DNA of 64,000 nucleotides, from assembly GCA_002269645.1 (NCBI GenBank), contig NIVC01000753.1, forward strand, positions 310,001 through 374,000, in the 5' to 3' direction. A model generated the notes under the pieces. The model was not told where the DNA came from. It searched no databases and saw only the letters and a list, made by a program, of their open reading frames with translations. Position numbers and translations under genes: made by a program. Below are positions 63,521-64,000 of this stretch, one piece after another. Position 1 is the first letter of the stretch. Each line of letters starts with the position of its first letter. Origin of the DNA: Macrostomum lignano (Eukaryota).

Positions 63521-63664
63521 TGTTACAATTTAAACCTTTTGCTCCTGGTCTTTTTACCGTGTTAGTGCCCGGGATTGGAGGCTCTCCTCTCTCTCCCTCT
63601 CTCCCCCTCTCTCTCAGTCTCTCTCTCCCTCACTCACTCTCCTCTCAGCTATCTCTCTCCCTCT

Positions 63665-64000
63665 CTCTTTTTATTAGAGGCAGGGGTTGTGTGCACCCCG
63701 GCGCACTTTAAGCGACATAGGCACACAACCGGCGAGAGGCATTACTGCCCATTCCGCCGACTCCCCTGAGCAGGCATACAAGCGCGCGGATACGTACGCA
63801 GTCATACGCACAGACACACACTCACACAGGAGTGTACAGCGGCCCTAACTTTATATTATCGTTAGGCATGTACACTTCACTGCGCCTTGGGGGGTTGGCT
63901 CTCAAGGCCGTTAATTGCACGAGCAGAGCCAAGCCGAGATTCCAATTCAGCCCCAAATTAATGTGACTGCACTTGGAATCGAGCCTGGGTTGCTGGCACA
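63665..64000 (-). mobile_element. tRNA-derived SINE, second family, 5' end outside the window
   Basis: Minus strand has B-box-like CCAGGCTCGATTCC near 63975-63988, a body shared with 37300-37415, a 3' hairpin segment shared with the LINE 3' UTR at 17877-17914, and ends TAATAAAAA-GAGAGAG. Confidence 0.7.

Overview
Intron-rich metazoan DNA with GC-rich exons and minisatellite-filled introns. The style resembles the flatworm Macrostomum, but that is inference. Genes reconstructed by hand from splice sites and reading frame: the 3' part of a PP2A B56 subunit gene, MRPS5, a small 3-exon unknown gene with a 21-nt microexon, a TFCP2/LSF transcription factor with one apparent frameshift, and a head-to-head pair of complete type IV collagen genes (minus strand 23 exons, about 1751 aa; plus strand 15 exons, about 1769 aa). 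Mobile DNA: an RTE-type LINE nested in an internally deleted RNase H-bearing LINE, tRNA-derived SINEs of two families, a palindromic MITE, a solo LTR, a Gypsy fragment, and a 5'-truncated Penelope-like element with a variant minimal hammerhead ribozyme. Most unusual: (1) the collagens are Lys/Asp-rich, carry many N-glycosylation sequons inside the triple helix, and appear to lack the sulfilimine-crosslink lysine; (2) the Penelope ORF seems to place its GIY-YIG module upstream of a linker motif that normally precedes it; (3) SINE and LINE 3' ends share sequence; (4) minisatellites sit at retroelement 5' junctions. All coordinates, alignments and counts were done by eye, and repeat boundaries are approximate.
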